Assembly: GCA_965261975.1 (NCBI GenBank)
Contig: CBDHEC010000031.1
Location: 1-43,780, forward strand
Source of the DNA: Alphaproteobacteria bacterium
Lineage (GTDB): Bacteria > Pseudomonadota > Alphaproteobacteria > UBA6615
Length of the DNA stretch: 43,780 bases
Direction of reading: 5' to 3'
Below the pieces are notes generated by a model. That model worked only from the letters and a program-made list of their open reading frames with translations, searched no databases and had not been told where the DNA came from. The position numbers were made by a program, and so were the translations under genes. Position 1 is the stretch's first letter. Each line of letters starts with the position of its first letter. This document shows, piece after piece, positions 17,287 to 27,874 of this stretch.

Positions 17287-17346
17287 CGACACCCACGCAC
17301 AAATGTGCCCTTGCCGTCCGAGGTGCGAATAGGCACAAGTCCCTCG

Positions 17347-18591
17347 ATGAACATCCCGATAGAAAATCAAGACCGCCGGGAAGCCTGTTTCCTCTATGCG
17401 CTCAGCTTCCTGTTCCTGCCCGTCGCGGTCGTGGCAACCGCGCAAGTCTGGGTTCTCGCTGTCATCGGCGTTCTCGGGATTCTCGCCATTCGGGCCGTTC
17501 AGGGTCGGCTCGCCCTGAAACCCAACCGGCTCCTCGTCGTGCTGATGCTGTTGCTCATCGTCTGGGCCCTGATCAGCAGCTTCTGGGCCATCAACCCCGA
17601 CAGGGCCATAAAAACGTCCCTTCGAATCGCGCTTGTCTGCATATCCGTGATCGTTCTGGTCGACGCCGCCGGAAAGCTCGACCCGCAACAACGGCGGAAG
17701 TTCGGATACTGGCTGATTGGCGGGACCGTCACCGGTCTCGTTTTGACCGGCATTCTCGTTCTATGGGGTGGTCCCATCTCGATATGGCTGGGCGAAAGTC
17801 GTCTGGCAGCCGACGATCTCTCCAACCTTAACCGGACGAGCACGGTGATCGCGCTGCTCGTCTGGCCGGTCGCACTCATTGTTGCCAGGATCTACAACCG
17901 CCTCGCAGCAGCCGCCGTAATCATCCTGAGCGCGCTGTTGTTGTTCGCATTGGCGCCCTCGACCCCGCTCGTCGCCTTCGCAGTGGGTCTGCTCGCCTTC
18001 GTCATTGGCTGGGTTTCGCAGAGATGGGGAATACGGCTCTTGTTCCTGGCGTTTGCCGCCGCGGTTGTCATGATTCCCCTGATCGATGTTCTGGCACCGC
18101 CCGCCATCGATTTCCTGGCCACCAACCTCCGTTTTCCCCATTCCGAGATCCATCGCCTTGTCATCTGGCAATTCGCGGCCGAGCGCATATTCGAGCACCC
18201 GCTGTTCGGATGGGGACTCGATGCATCGCGGGCGATCCCGGGAAACAATGAACAGCTCTTCCTCTTCCACTTCGGCGGCCTCCCCGAGACCGGGCAAGCC
18301 CTGCCCCTGCACCCGCACAATGCGCTGAGCCAGATCTGGCTGGAGCTCGGAATGGTCGGCGTCATCCTGGTGGGCGCGATATTCGCCCTGATCGTGGCCT
18401 CGATTCCCCGGTCCCCGGACAATCGCGCCGGCCCTGCCGCGCTGATTGCGACGACCGCCTGCGCTTTCACGATCGCACAGGTGGGGTTCGGAATCTGGCA
18501 GGGCTGGTGGATGGCCACACTCGGCCTGATGGTGATGATCGCCGTCGCGACAGGCGCCAATCCGCCCGTCCGCCGGAACCACCCGGACTGA
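17347..18591 (+). CDS. O-antigen ligase/Wzy_C family membrane protein
   Basis: Multi-pass membrane protein with HRLVIW, HPLFGWG and LHPHNALSQIWLELG motifs. Start ATG 17347 (GTG 17305 possible). Confidence 0.85.
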   Translation: MNIPIENQDRREACFLYALSFLFLPVAVVATAQVWVLAVIGVLGILAIRAVQGRLALKPNRLLVVLMLLLIVWALISSFWAINPDRAIKTSLRIALVCISVIVLVDAAGKLDPQQRRKFGYWLIGGTVTGLVLTGILVLWGGPISIWLGESRLAADDLSNLNRTSTVIALLVWPVALIVARIYNRLAAAAVIILSALLLFALAPSTPLVAFAVGLLAFVIGWVSQRWGIRLLFLAFAAAVVMIPLIDVLAPPAIDFLATNLRFPHSEIHRLVIWQFAAERIFEHPLFGWGLDASRAIPGNNEQLFLFHFGGLPETGQALPLHPHNALSQIWLELGMVGVILVGAIFALIVASIPRSPDNRAGPAALIATTACAFTIAQVGFGIWQGWWMATLGLMVMIAVATGANPPVRRNHPD

Positions 18592-18611
18592 GGCCGGGCG
18601 CCACATCCGGC

Positions 18612-19382
18612 CTACAGGTCTCGCAGCCGAATTCGCCCGGTCACGAGATACCAGCCGATACCCGTATACTCATGCAGCGCACTGCGGACACGCCGCGCGC
18701 CGCGCGCGCTTGGCACAAGGTCGAGCCACAGGTTTCGTGCGATTCGGGCATCTTCATACCGGCCCGGCGGCGCGGCCGCCACGTCGAGACCGAACCGGCG
18801 GAGGGTGGCCGCCATACGTGCCACGTGAGAGCCCCCGGTGACGATAATCACCCGCGGTGAGCGGCTCGCACCATCGGGTGCCTTCACCAACGCGGAAACC
18901 GCGCGCGCGGTTTCGAACGTGTCGCGCGCCGTATCCTCGACGATCGTATCCGGGGCCAGCGTGAGGACGCGCTGCAACGCGATGGCCTCCGCTTCGCGCT
19001 GACCCGGGAGCGGTGAGCCGCCAACGACAATCAACCGAAAGCCCGTCTCCGCCTGGATCTGTTGACCGCGCACGGTGCGATCGACCGAGCCGGGCATGGG
19101 CCACCAGCGGCCTGCCGGGTCTTCATATGCCCCCGCGAGGGGAACAATAATCGCGTCGTAACTCTCCGGCGGTACCGCGTCGCCATCGTATGCCGGCGCC
19201 CCCCGCTCGAGCGCACCCAGCAGAACATTCCCGACGACCGGGGTGGTGCCCACCAGCAAAAGGCCTCCGCCCAGCAAAACGAGAATCCGGCCCAGGCGTC
19301 GGCGCAGCAAGAACAGGCCCGGCAGCAGAATCCAGAGCGCCGGCATGGGCCAAACAATAAAGATGTCAAACAGCGTACGCAC
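18612..19382 (-). CDS. YdcF/DUF218 (ElyC-like) protein
   Basis: N-terminal TM pair, AIIVPLAG, VGG, EA, EDTARDTFETA, IIVTGGSHVAR and LHEYTGIGWY. Confidence 0.8.
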   Translation of the reverse strand: MRTLFDIFIVWPMPALWILLPGLFLLRRRLGRILVLLGGGLLLVGTTPVVGNVLLGALERGAPAYDGDAVPPESYDAIIVPLAGAYEDPAGRWWPMPGSVDRTVRGQQIQAETGFRLIVVGGSPLPGQREAEAIALQRVLTLAPDTIVEDTARDTFETARAVSALVKAPDGASRSPRVIIVTGGSHVARMAATLRRFGLDVAAAPPGRYEDARIARNLWLDLVPSARGARRVRSALHEYTGIGWYLVTGRIRLRDL

Positions 19383-19677
19383 AAACAGGCTCCGGATTGC
19401 ATGACGGTGAGACTATCAGATTCCCGCGACCAGGCCTCGTCATCAGGGCGCGATCCCCTGATAATCTTCCGCGCCGGAAATGCGACCATCCGAACCGGTC
19501 AATCAGCGGCCAACTTGCCGCCCGGCGCGATTTGCGGCAAAACTGATCCACCCATGCTCGGCATCTCCCGATACGTCTCCACCTGCGCCATTGTGTCCAT
19601 GGCAGCGGTTTCGATTGTGCCGGTAGCGGCACGCGCCAGCGACGGCCGCGGCCTGGCCTGGTTCTACTCGACCGGTC

Positions 19678-20817
19678 ATGCCTAAGAAGATATGCCAGCT
19701 CTGCACGGTGGACTTTACGCTCTACCATCTGCTGCACCCGCTCATGCAGGCAATGCGCACACAAGGCCATGAAGTCGTCGGCGTTTGCGCGGACGGCGAC
19801 CTGATCGCGCCGGTGCGCGCGGACGGGTTTCGCATCGAGACGATACCGCTGGCACGATCCGCCAACCCGGCCCGGAACTGGCACGCGGGGCGCGCCCTCC
19901 GCGATCTGTTCCGTCGCGAGAAATTCGATATCGTCCATGTGCACACGCCCGTCGCAGCGTTCGTCGGGCGGATCGCGGCCGCCCGCGCCGGCGTGCCTCA
20001 AATCGTCTACACCGCGCACGGCTTTTACTTTCACGAGAACATGCCGTTCCCGCGCCGTCAGGCCCATATCGCCGCCGAGTGGTTCGCCGGGCGATTCACC
20101 CACACGCTGATGACCCAGTCGGAGGAAGATGCCCAGACGGCACGCCGGCTGGGGTTGTGCCGTACGGGAGACATTCTGGCCATCGGCAACGGCAGCGACC
20201 CGGCCGTCTACAAACCATCCGAAGATCCCGCGGCGCGTTCTGCGATCCGCGCGGCCATCGGTACGTCCGATGATCGGCCGGTTGTTCTTATGGCGGGGCG
20301 ACTCGTTGCCGAGAAAGGCTATGGCGAACTGATCACCGCCATGCGGGATGTCGATGCCGAACTCTGGGCCGTGGGTGCGCGGCTAAGCAGCGACCACGCT
20401 GCGGGCATCGGCGATGCAATCCGGGAGGTCGAAGCAGACCCCGCACTGCGCGACCGCATTCGTTTTCTTGGCTACCGTGATGACATGGCGGACCTGATGC
20501 GGGCCGCCGACATCTTCACCTTGCCGTCTCACCGCGAGGGCATGCCACGCTCCATCATTGAAGCCATGCTGACGGGCCTGCCCGTCGTCGCCACGGATGT
20601 GCGCGGCAGCCGCGAGGAGGTCGTCGACGGCGAAACCGGCCTTCTCGTGCCGGTCCGTGATGCCGGCGCACTGGCGCGGGCGCTGCAGTCTCTCGTGCAG
20701 GACTCGACCCGTCGTGATGCCATGGGCGCCGCCGGGCTGGCGCGGGCACGCCAACTTTATGACGAACAGCTGGTGATCGACCGGCAACTCGAACATCTCG
20801 GCCTGCACGCGGCCTGA
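19678..20817 (+). CDS. Glycosyltransferase family 4
   Basis: DIVHVHTP, YTAHGFYF, GRLVAEKG, and PSHREGMPRSIIEAM (EX7E motif). Confidence 0.92.
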   Translation: MPKKICQLCTVDFTLYHLLHPLMQAMRTQGHEVVGVCADGDLIAPVRADGFRIETIPLARSANPARNWHAGRALRDLFRREKFDIVHVHTPVAAFVGRIAAARAGVPQIVYTAHGFYFHENMPFPRRQAHIAAEWFAGRFTHTLMTQSEEDAQTARRLGLCRTGDILAIGNGSDPAVYKPSEDPAARSAIRAAIGTSDDRPVVLMAGRLVAEKGYGELITAMRDVDAELWAVGARLSSDHAAGIGDAIREVEADPALRDRIRFLGYRDDMADLMRAADIFTLPSHREGMPRSIIEAMLTGLPVVATDVRGSREEVVDGETGLLVPVRDAGALARALQSLVQDSTRRDAMGAAGLARARQLYDEQLVIDRQLEHLGLHAA

Positions 20818-20840
20818 TTTCTCAAACCGGAACAGCAAAC

Positions 20841-21875
20841 TTGATCTGGACCCTCGCCATCATCGCAGTCTTCACGGCGCTCGCATCCGCGGTGTTTGTC
20901 GGGCTGGTCCGGGTTCAACTTCTGCGCCGCGGCATTCTCGACCGGCCCAACGAACGCAGCTCACACGATGTCCCGACGCCGCGCGGGGGCGGGCTGGGTC
21001 TGCTGGCGGCATTGTTACCGGTCTGGATCGCCGTTCCGTTCTTTCTGCCCGCGACGCCGGCAGCCCAAAGCGCCGCGATGGCTGTTTGGGTCATTCCACT
21101 GGCCGTCCTGTGCCTTGCCGCCGTGTCCTGGGTCGATGACCTCATGACCATCGGCCCCCTGCCGCGGCTCGGGGCCCAGCTCCTCGCGGCGCTGGCCGGC
21201 GCCTTCCTGATCGAGGGCGCGGTGTTCCAGGGTCTCCTGCCCGGCCCGCTCGATATGATCATCGCGGCGATCGGCTGGGTCTGGTTCATGAACCTGTTCA
21301 ACTTCATGGACGGTATAGACGGCATCAGCGGGGTGGAGGCCACCACGATCGGCGTCGGGCTTCTGCTTATCGGCATCGTCGGCACACACCCCCTCGATGC
21401 GACCGACGGCCAGGCGCTCGCCGTCGCGGCGGCCGCCATCGGGTTCCTTGTCTGGAACTGGCCGCCGGCCCGGATCTTCCTGGGCGACAGCGGCAGCGTG
21501 CCGCTCGGCTACCTGCTTGGCTGGCTGTTGCTCCTGCTCGCGGCAAGCGGCGCCTGGCAGGCCGCAGCGATCCTGCCGCTTTACTATCTGGCCGATGCCA
21601 CCATCACGCTTCTCCGCCGGATCGCACGCGGCGAGAAATTCTGGCACGCCCATCGTGACCATTTCTATCAAGCGGCGATCAAACGAGGCGTCTCCCACGC
21701 CCGGGTCAGCATCACGATCGCGGTCGTGAACCTGCTGTTGATCGGGCTCGCCCTGGTCAGCGTTCTGGCGGATCCAGACTCGCCTGGGCCGTGGCTCGCA
21801 TTGCTCGCGGCGGGAATACTGGTGGCGTTGCTCCTGGCCTGGCTCGCCGGACCCCGAAAACGGGCGCAGCCTTGA
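20841..21875 (+). CDS. MraY/WecA/WbpL-family polyprenyl-phosphate HexNAc-1-phosphate transferase
   Basis: DRPNERSSH..PTPRGGG, WVDD, NLFNFMDGIDG, WNWPPARIFLGDSGS and AHRDHFYQ. Confidence 0.92.
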   Translation: MIWTLAIIAVFTALASAVFVGLVRVQLLRRGILDRPNERSSHDVPTPRGGGLGLLAALLPVWIAVPFFLPATPAAQSAAMAVWVIPLAVLCLAAVSWVDDLMTIGPLPRLGAQLLAALAGAFLIEGAVFQGLLPGPLDMIIAAIGWVWFMNLFNFMDGIDGISGVEATTIGVGLLLIGIVGTHPLDATDGQALAVAAAAIGFLVWNWPPARIFLGDSGSVPLGYLLGWLLLLLAASGAWQAAAILPLYYLADATITLLRRIARGEKFWHAHRDHFYQAAIKRGVSHARVSITIAVVNLLLIGLALVSVLADPDSPGPWLALLAAGILVALLLAWLAGPRKRAQP

Positions 21876-21909
21876 ACGATTCATCCACCCCCAACCCATG
21901 ATGGGGGGC

Positions 21910-21937
21910 TTGGCCGCAGTCTCCGGAATGGTATAAG
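21910..21937 (+). promoter_or_regulatory. Putative sigma70 promoter with extended -10
   Basis: TTGGCC-N16-TATAAG with TG one base upstream of the -10, 24 nt before the next ATG. Confidence 0.3.
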
Positions 21938-21961
21938 CGGACTATTCAACGAGGCCCGTTC

Positions 21962-23875
21962 ATGCGCAAAAAAATTCGACTGAGCCGGGCGAATATCGCC
22001 TACGCGCACGACATCTTCATGGCGGCGGTCTCGCTGCCATTGTCGCTGTGGCTTCGCATGGGCCCCTCGATCGAAACGGTCCCGTCCAGCTTCGTCATCC
22101 AGGCCACGGTGCTGTTCGCCGTCATTGCGGCCGCGATTTTCCTGCCGATGGGCCTGTACAAGGGCATCTGGCGTTACGCGTCGATGAACGACCTGATCCA
22201 GATCACCAAGGCCGTAACCTTGGCGGTCCTGGTTTTCTCGCTGATCCTGTTTGTCGTCTCGCGGTCCGAATTCCTCCCGCGCTCGCTGCCGGTCATCAAC
22301 TGGTTCGTCCTGATGGCGTTGCTGGGTGGGCCCCGCTTCATCTATCGCCTGGTCAAGGACCGCCACTTCGAACTGTCGGCAGACACGAGCGGAAAACCCG
22401 GCGTACCGGTTTTGCTCATGGGTGCCGGCGACGAGGCAGAGACATTTATCCGTGCCATCCGCCGACAGCCCGGCGCCTCCTACCGGATCGTCGGCCTGCT
22501 TGACGAGAAGGGCCGGCGCGTCGGCCGTCACATTCGCGACGTGCCTGTGCTGGGCACGCCCGACGATCTCGACGCGGTCATGCGACGGATCGCGCTTCGG
22601 GGCGAACGCCCCCAACGCCTGATTGTTTCCAAGTCCGGCCTTGATCCCGCTCTGATGCGGAAGTTGCTTGATCTTGCCGAAGCCCATGGCATGACCATGG
22701 CCCGCTTACCGCGGCTCACCGCGTTCCAGGCCGGCCTCGGCGATGAGATCGAGGTGAAACCGGTTGCCGTTGAGGATTTGCTCGGGCGACCGCAGGCGGT
22801 GCTGGATCGGCCCGCCATGCAAACGTTGATTTCCGGGCGGCGGGTCCTGATCACCGGCGCGGGTGGCACCATCGGAAGCGAACTCGCGCGCCAGATCGCC
22901 GCACTCGGCCCTGCCGACCTTACGCTCGTCGACAGTTCGGAATTCAACCTCTACGCGATCGACCTGGAGATCTCCGAAGTCGCACCGGACATCAACCGAC
23001 ACGCGCAGCTTTCCGACGTTCGCAACGCAAGCGCGATGGCATCAATTTTCGCCGAACAGAAGCCCGAGCTCGTCTTTCATGCCGCCGCCCTGAAGCATGT
23101 CCCGATCGTCGAGAATCACGTCGCGGAAGGCGTCCAGACCAACATCGCCGGATCTCGGAATGTCGCCGATCTGTGTCGCGAGCACGGCACCCGAATCATG
23201 GTTCTGATCTCCACGGACAAGGCCGTCAATCCCTCGAGCGCGATGGGTGCGACCAAGCGGGTTGCCGAGAGCTATTGCCAGGCCCTCGACCGGGCGCGCA
23301 ACGGGGATGGTTGCCGCTTCCTGACGGTTCGGTTCGGCAATGTGCTCGGCTCGACCGGCTCGGTCGTGCCCCTGTTTGAACGCCAGCTTGCTGCGGGTGG
23401 GCCCATCACGGTGACCCATCCGGACATCACCCGCTATTTCATGACCACCCGCGAGGCGGTTGAGCTGGTCTTGCAGGCATCCGCCCTGGGCACATCGGCG
23501 AATATTGTTGCCGGCGGAATCATGGTGCTCGATATGGGTGAGCCGGTGAAGATTCTCGACCTCGCCGAACAGATGATCCGCCTGGCCGGCAAGCGGCCTC
23601 ATGAGGATATCGACATCAACTTTGTCGGCCTGCGCCCCGGCGAGAAGCTCTATGAGGAGCTGTTCCACGATGCCGAGAGCCTGACACCGACCGATAACGC
23701 CGCCATCCAGCTGGCCACACCGCGCGTGGCCGACCACGAGGTTCTGGTGCGCGCCATCGACGAAATCTGCGCCGCCGCGCGCGAAAACAACAACGACGGC
23801 TGTCGCAGCCTGCTCGCTAACCTGGTGCCCGAATATCAATCGGACACGCCCGGTTCCGACGCCGCGACGGCATAA
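21962..23875 (+). CDS. Membrane-bound UDP-GlcNAc 4,6-dehydratase (WbpM/PglF/CapD family)
   Basis: 4 N-terminal TMs, GAG.A CoA-binding-like domain, EDLLGR, TGAGGTIGSEL, FHAAALKHVP, STDKAVNP, MGATKR, RFGNVLGS and GLRPGEKLYEEL. Confidence 0.93.
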   Translation: MRKKIRLSRANIAYAHDIFMAAVSLPLSLWLRMGPSIETVPSSFVIQATVLFAVIAAAIFLPMGLYKGIWRYASMNDLIQITKAVTLAVLVFSLILFVVSRSEFLPRSLPVINWFVLMALLGGPRFIYRLVKDRHFELSADTSGKPGVPVLLMGAGDEAETFIRAIRRQPGASYRIVGLLDEKGRRVGRHIRDVPVLGTPDDLDAVMRRIALRGERPQRLIVSKSGLDPALMRKLLDLAEAHGMTMARLPRLTAFQAGLGDEIEVKPVAVEDLLGRPQAVLDRPAMQTLISGRRVLITGAGGTIGSELARQIAALGPADLTLVDSSEFNLYAIDLEISEVAPDINRHAQLSDVRNASAMASIFAEQKPELVFHAAALKHVPIVENHVAEGVQTNIAGSRNVADLCREHGTRIMVLISTDKAVNPSSAMGATKRVAESYCQALDRARNGDGCRFLTVRFGNVLGSTGSVVPLFERQLAAGGPITVTHPDITRYFMTTREAVELVLQASALGTSANIVAGGIMVLDMGEPVKILDLAEQMIRLAGKRPHEDIDINFVGLRPGEKLYEELFHDAESLTPTDNAAIQLATPRVADHEVLVRAIDEICAAARENNNDGCRSLLANLVPEYQSDTPGSDAATA

Positions 23876-23940
23876 TTAGGTTCACCCCTGGCCCGGACAG
23901 AACCCCCACCTCAAGCACTTGATGAAGGACAACCAAACCG

Positions 23941-25527
23941 GTGCCAAGCAATCACGACACGCCGATCACGCGTGCAATTATCTCCGTCTCCGATAAATCT
24001 CGGCTCACCGAACTCGGCCAGGCCCTGGCCGGTCACGGCGTCGAAATCCTTTCCACCGGCGGCTCCGCGAAGGCGCTTGCCGAGGCCGGCATTCCCGTCA
24101 TCGAGGTCGCGGACCATACGGGCTTCCCCGAGATCATGGATGGGCGGGTCAAGACCCTGCACCCCAAGATTCACGGCGGCATCCTCGCCCGGCGCGACCA
24201 TCCCGACGATCAGGCCGCAATGGCCGAGCACGGGATCGGGGCGATCGACCTGATCGTCATCAACCTCTACCCCTTCGAGGCCACCGTCGCGTCCGGCGCC
24301 GGCTACGATGACTGCGTGGAGAATATCGATATCGGCGGCCCGGCGATGATCCGCGCCGCGGCGAAGAACCATGCCCATGTGGCCGTGGTCACCGATCCCG
24401 GCGACTATGACGACGTCATCGCGGCCCTCGGCGCCAACAAGGGTTCACTCCCGGCCGATCTGCGCCGCAGTCTAGCGGCCAAGGCCTATGCCCGTACGGC
24501 CGCCTATGACGGCGCCATCACGGCCTGGCTTTCCGGCGAAGTGGGAGACTCCTTCCCCGATACGCATGTCACGGCAGGTCGCCGCGCCAGCGTGCTGCGT
24601 TACGGCGAGAACCCCCACCAGGAGGCCGCGCTCTATATCGGTGGCGCCGCCCGTCCGGGCGTCGCGCAGGCGGAGCAAATCCAGGGCAAGGAACTCAGCT
24701 ACAACAATCTCGGCGATGCGGATGCGGCGTTCGAGCTGGTGGCCGAGTTCGATGCGCCTTCGATCGCCATTATCAAACATGCCAATCCCTGCGGCGTGGC
24801 CACCGGCGATGATCTGGTCGCGACCTACCGCGCGGCACGCAAATGCGACCCGGTCAGCGCGTTCGGCGGCATCGTCGCCGCGAACCGCCCCCTCGACGGC
24901 GCACTGGCCGAGGCGATCACCGAGATTTTCACCGAAGTTGTCATCGCACCCGATGCCGACGCGGATGCCCGCGCGGTGTTCGCCGGCAAGGAAAACCTTC
25001 GCCTTCTCCTGACCGGTGAAATGCCCGATCCGCGTGCGGCCGGGCGTCTCTTGAAGCCACTGGCCGGCGGATTCCTGCTCCAGGATCGCGACGCCGGGCA
25101 CATCACCCGAGACGATCTCAAGATCGTCACCAAGCGCCAGCCGAGCGACCAGGAGATCGCCGACATGCTGTTCGCCTTCACCGTCGGCAAGCATGTGAAA
25201 TCGAACACGATCGTCTACGCCAAGGACGGGGCTACGGTCGGCATCGGGGCGGGCCAGATGAGCCGCGTCGATGCGGCGCGTATCGCCGCCCACAAGTCAA
25301 GCGAAGCCGCCGAGGCGGCGGGCGAAAGCGAACGACTGACGACCGGATCCGTGGCCGCGTCCGATGCCTTCTTCCCGTTCCCCGATGGCCTCCTGACCAC
25401 GGTCGAAGCCGGGGCAACCGCCGTGATCCAGCCGGGCGGATCCGTGCGTGACGACGAGGTGATCGCAGCGGCCGACGAGGCGGGTATCGCGATGATGTTC
25501 ACAGGCATGCGTCACTTCCGGCACTAG
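23941..25527 (+). CDS. purH: Bifunctional AICAR transformylase/IMP cyclohydrolase
   Basis: [65 protein letters not shown] and C-terminal RHFRH. Confidence 0.98.
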   Translation: MPSNHDTPITRAIISVSDKSRLTELGQALAGHGVEILSTGGSAKALAEAGIPVIEVADHTGFPEIMDGRVKTLHPKIHGGILARRDHPDDQAAMAEHGIGAIDLIVINLYPFEATVASGAGYDDCVENIDIGGPAMIRAAAKNHAHVAVVTDPGDYDDVIAALGANKGSLPADLRRSLAAKAYARTAAYDGAITAWLSGEVGDSFPDTHVTAGRRASVLRYGENPHQEAALYIGGAARPGVAQAEQIQGKELSYNNLGDADAAFELVAEFDAPSIAIIKHANPCGVATGDDLVATYRAARKCDPVSAFGGIVAANRPLDGALAEAITEIFTEVVIAPDADADARAVFAGKENLRLLLTGEMPDPRAAGRLLKPLAGGFLLQDRDAGHITRDDLKIVTKRQPSDQEIADMLFAFTVGKHVKSNTIVYAKDGATVGIGAGQMSRVDAARIAAHKSSEAAEAAGESERLTTGSVAASDAFFPFPDGLLTTVEAGATAVIQPGGSVRDDEVIAAADEAGIAMMFTGMRHFRH

Positions 25528-25561
25528 GGTCAGGCCGCATGATTTCAGCCTGGCTTCTGGC

Positions 25562-26860
25562 TTAGCGGCTCTGGCGACCGGGTGCGGCATCCCGCACCGT
25601 CAGCCAGAGCAGCAGGCCGCCGATCACCAGGAACGGCAACACGCTGGCCATGCCCCACCGCTGGCTGCCGGTGATTGCCGTGACAAGCGCCACCAGCCAC
25701 GGCCCGGCAAAGGCCGTCGCCTTGCCCGAAAGGGCATAGAGACCGAACATCTCGCCTTCCATCCCGGCGGGTGTGATCCGGGCCATGAAAGAACGGCTTG
25801 CCGCCTGCACCGGGCCGAAGAAGATGCCGAGGATCGAACCCAGGATCACAAAGGCGAGCTTGGATTCGACCATCAACAGCGGCAAGCCGATGATGATCAA
25901 CCCGCAGAGGCCAATGAGGATCGTTCGCTTGGCACCGATACGATCGTCAATCCAGCCAAACGCAAATGCGCCCGCACCGGCCGTCACATTCAGGATCAGG
26001 CCGAACATGATGACTTCCGCGACAGGCATGCCGAAGGTCCCCGCCGCGAACACGCCGCCGAAGGCAAATAACGTGTTCAGCCCGTCCGTGAAAATCATGC
26101 GCGCAAGCAGGTATCGCCAGAGCTGCGGATGATGGCGGAGCCCGGCGATCGTGGAACGCAGTTCCGCCAGGCCCGAACGAATTGCCGGCAGGGCAGCCCG
26201 TCCACGCCCCCGCGGATCATGCGTCCAGACAAACAACGGCAGGCAGAAGAACAGCAACCACAACGCAACGATGGGGCCGGCGATGCGGACATGCTCGAGC
26301 ACCGCACCCGATGCATCCAGACCGAACGGCGGCGGTTTTGCCTGAACGAAGCCGAACAGCACGATCAGCAAACCACCGACGCCGCCGAAATAGCCCAGCC
26401 CCCAGGCCCAGCCCGATATGCGCCCCATCAAACGCTGTGGCGCGAGTGACGGCAGCAACGCGTTGTAGAACACCATCGATAATTCGAACGCAACGATGCC
26501 AACCCCGACAAGAACCAGCAGCATGAATGCATGATCGGGCTCCGGGCGAACCAGCCAGAGCAGGGCCGAACCCGCCGCCATGATGATTGTAAAAACCCCG
26601 AGCCAGGGTTTGCGACGCCGCCCTTGATCGGCAATCGCGCCGAGGATCGGACTGAGAATTGCGATCACGAACGCCGCCGTCCCGGTCATGATCGCCCATA
26701 AGGTGGTCGCCGTCGCCGGGTCTCCGACCACGGCCTGGGCGAAATAGGCCGGGATAACGAAGGTCAGGACAATCGCCGGGAAGGGCGAGTTCGCCCAATC
26801 ATAAAGACACCAGCCCGCGACGGACTTCCGATCAAGATTCATGTCTGGCTCAACCGTCAT
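25562..26860 (-). CDS. MFS transporter (UMF1/ATG22-like)
   Basis: WCLYDWANS, PILGAIAD, FYNALLP, GRISGWAWGLGY, ASRSFMARI and FGLYA. ATG 26860 follows a GAGGTG RBS. Confidence 0.88.
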   Translation of the reverse strand: MTVEPDMNLDRKSVAGWCLYDWANSPFPAIVLTFVIPAYFAQAVVGDPATATTLWAIMTGTAAFVIAILSPILGAIADQGRRRKPWLGVFTIIMAAGSALLWLVRPEPDHAFMLLVLVGVGIVAFELSMVFYNALLPSLAPQRLMGRISGWAWGLGYFGGVGGLLIVLFGFVQAKPPPFGLDASGAVLEHVRIAGPIVALWLLFFCLPLFVWTHDPRGRGRAALPAIRSGLAELRSTIAGLRHHPQLWRYLLARMIFTDGLNTLFAFGGVFAAGTFGMPVAEVIMFGLILNVTAGAGAFAFGWIDDRIGAKRTILIGLCGLIIIGLPLLMVESKLAFVILGSILGIFFGPVQAASRSFMARITPAGMEGEMFGLYALSGKATAFAGPWLVALVTAITGSQRWGMASVLPFLVIGGLLLWLTVRDAAPGRQSR

Positions 26861-26875
26861 GGACCGCACACCTCA

Positions 26876-27793
26876 TCATCCCGGCGCCACGTTGGTCTTT
26901 CGCGGCCAGTTCGCCACGGCGATGCCGGCGATCACGAGCGCGAACCCGGCCAGAATCGCGACCGTAATCTGCTCGTCGAGCAATAGCTCACCCCAAATCA
27001 ACGCCATCAGCGGGTTCATCGGCAACGCGACGGCAACAAGCGTCGGCGTTGTGTGGCGCAGCGCCCAGAGCCACAGCGTATAGGAGATTGCCGCCGCGCC
27101 GATGCCGAGATAGGCAATCGCCATCCAGCCCGCGCGCGAGAGCTCAGGCGTAAATGCCGGCGCATCCGTGCTCAGCGCGACCACATAGAGGAACGCCGAG
27201 CCCGGCACGACCCCCGACACCACGGCCACCAGGGGCGGGTGGCGCCGAAGCCAGCGGTTCGACCAGACGCCATACACCGCCGTGATCAGCGCGCCGATCA
27301 ATATGAGCCCGTCGCCGATCCACGCATCCGGCGGCGCACCGGCGCCCTGCCCCAGCGCGACCACGACCCCCAGGGTCGCGAGCACGATCCCTGCAAATTT
27401 CTGAGTTGTCGGGCGCTCGATACGAAACGCGGCCGCGATCAAAAGGGTCAGGAACGGCGAGGTCATATAGGCCAGCGCACCACGCGATGACGTCGTATAG
27501 GTCAGGGCGTTGGCGAAAATGAACTGCAGACCCCCGAAGAAGATCGCCCCCATGAAACCGAGAATCAGCAACTCGCGAGGTGAGGGCCAACGCCGGATCA
27601 CCACCAGCGCAATCGCGGTCAGGATGATCGCGGCGATGACATTCCGCAGGAAGGCAACCGTTACCGGATCGGTCTCGGTCACCAGGAAACGCATGGCGAC
27701 AAACGCCGAACCACCCAGGGCCGTCGAAAGGCAGGCAGACAGCGCTGCAAGGATCGCCAGATTCCCGGCGGTGGGATTGAAGTATCGGCTCAC
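26876..27793 (-). CDS. DMT/EamA-family transporter
   Basis: Two EamA repeats, about 10 TMs, AFLR and WIGDGLIL motifs. Start uncertain (GTG 27793; ORF open to 27841). Confidence 0.82.
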   Translation of the reverse strand: MSRYFNPTAGNLAILAALSACLSTALGGSAFVAMRFLVTETDPVTVAFLRNVIAAIILTAIALVVIRRWPSPRELLILGFMGAIFFGGLQFIFANALTYTTSSRGALAYMTSPFLTLLIAAAFRIERPTTQKFAGIVLATLGVVVALGQGAGAPPDAWIGDGLILIGALITAVYGVWSNRWLRRHPPLVAVVSGVVPGSAFLYVVALSTDAPAFTPELSRAGWMAIAYLGIGAAAISYTLWLWALRHTTPTLVAVALPMNPLMALIWGELLLDEQITVAILAGFALVIAGIAVANWPRKTNVAPG

Positions 27794-27874
27794 AAAGGGT
27801 CCGGTCGGGGCAAATTCAACGGTCGCACCGCGTTGAAACACCGGCGCGCGCCGCGACCATGGACCCGCAGGCGT

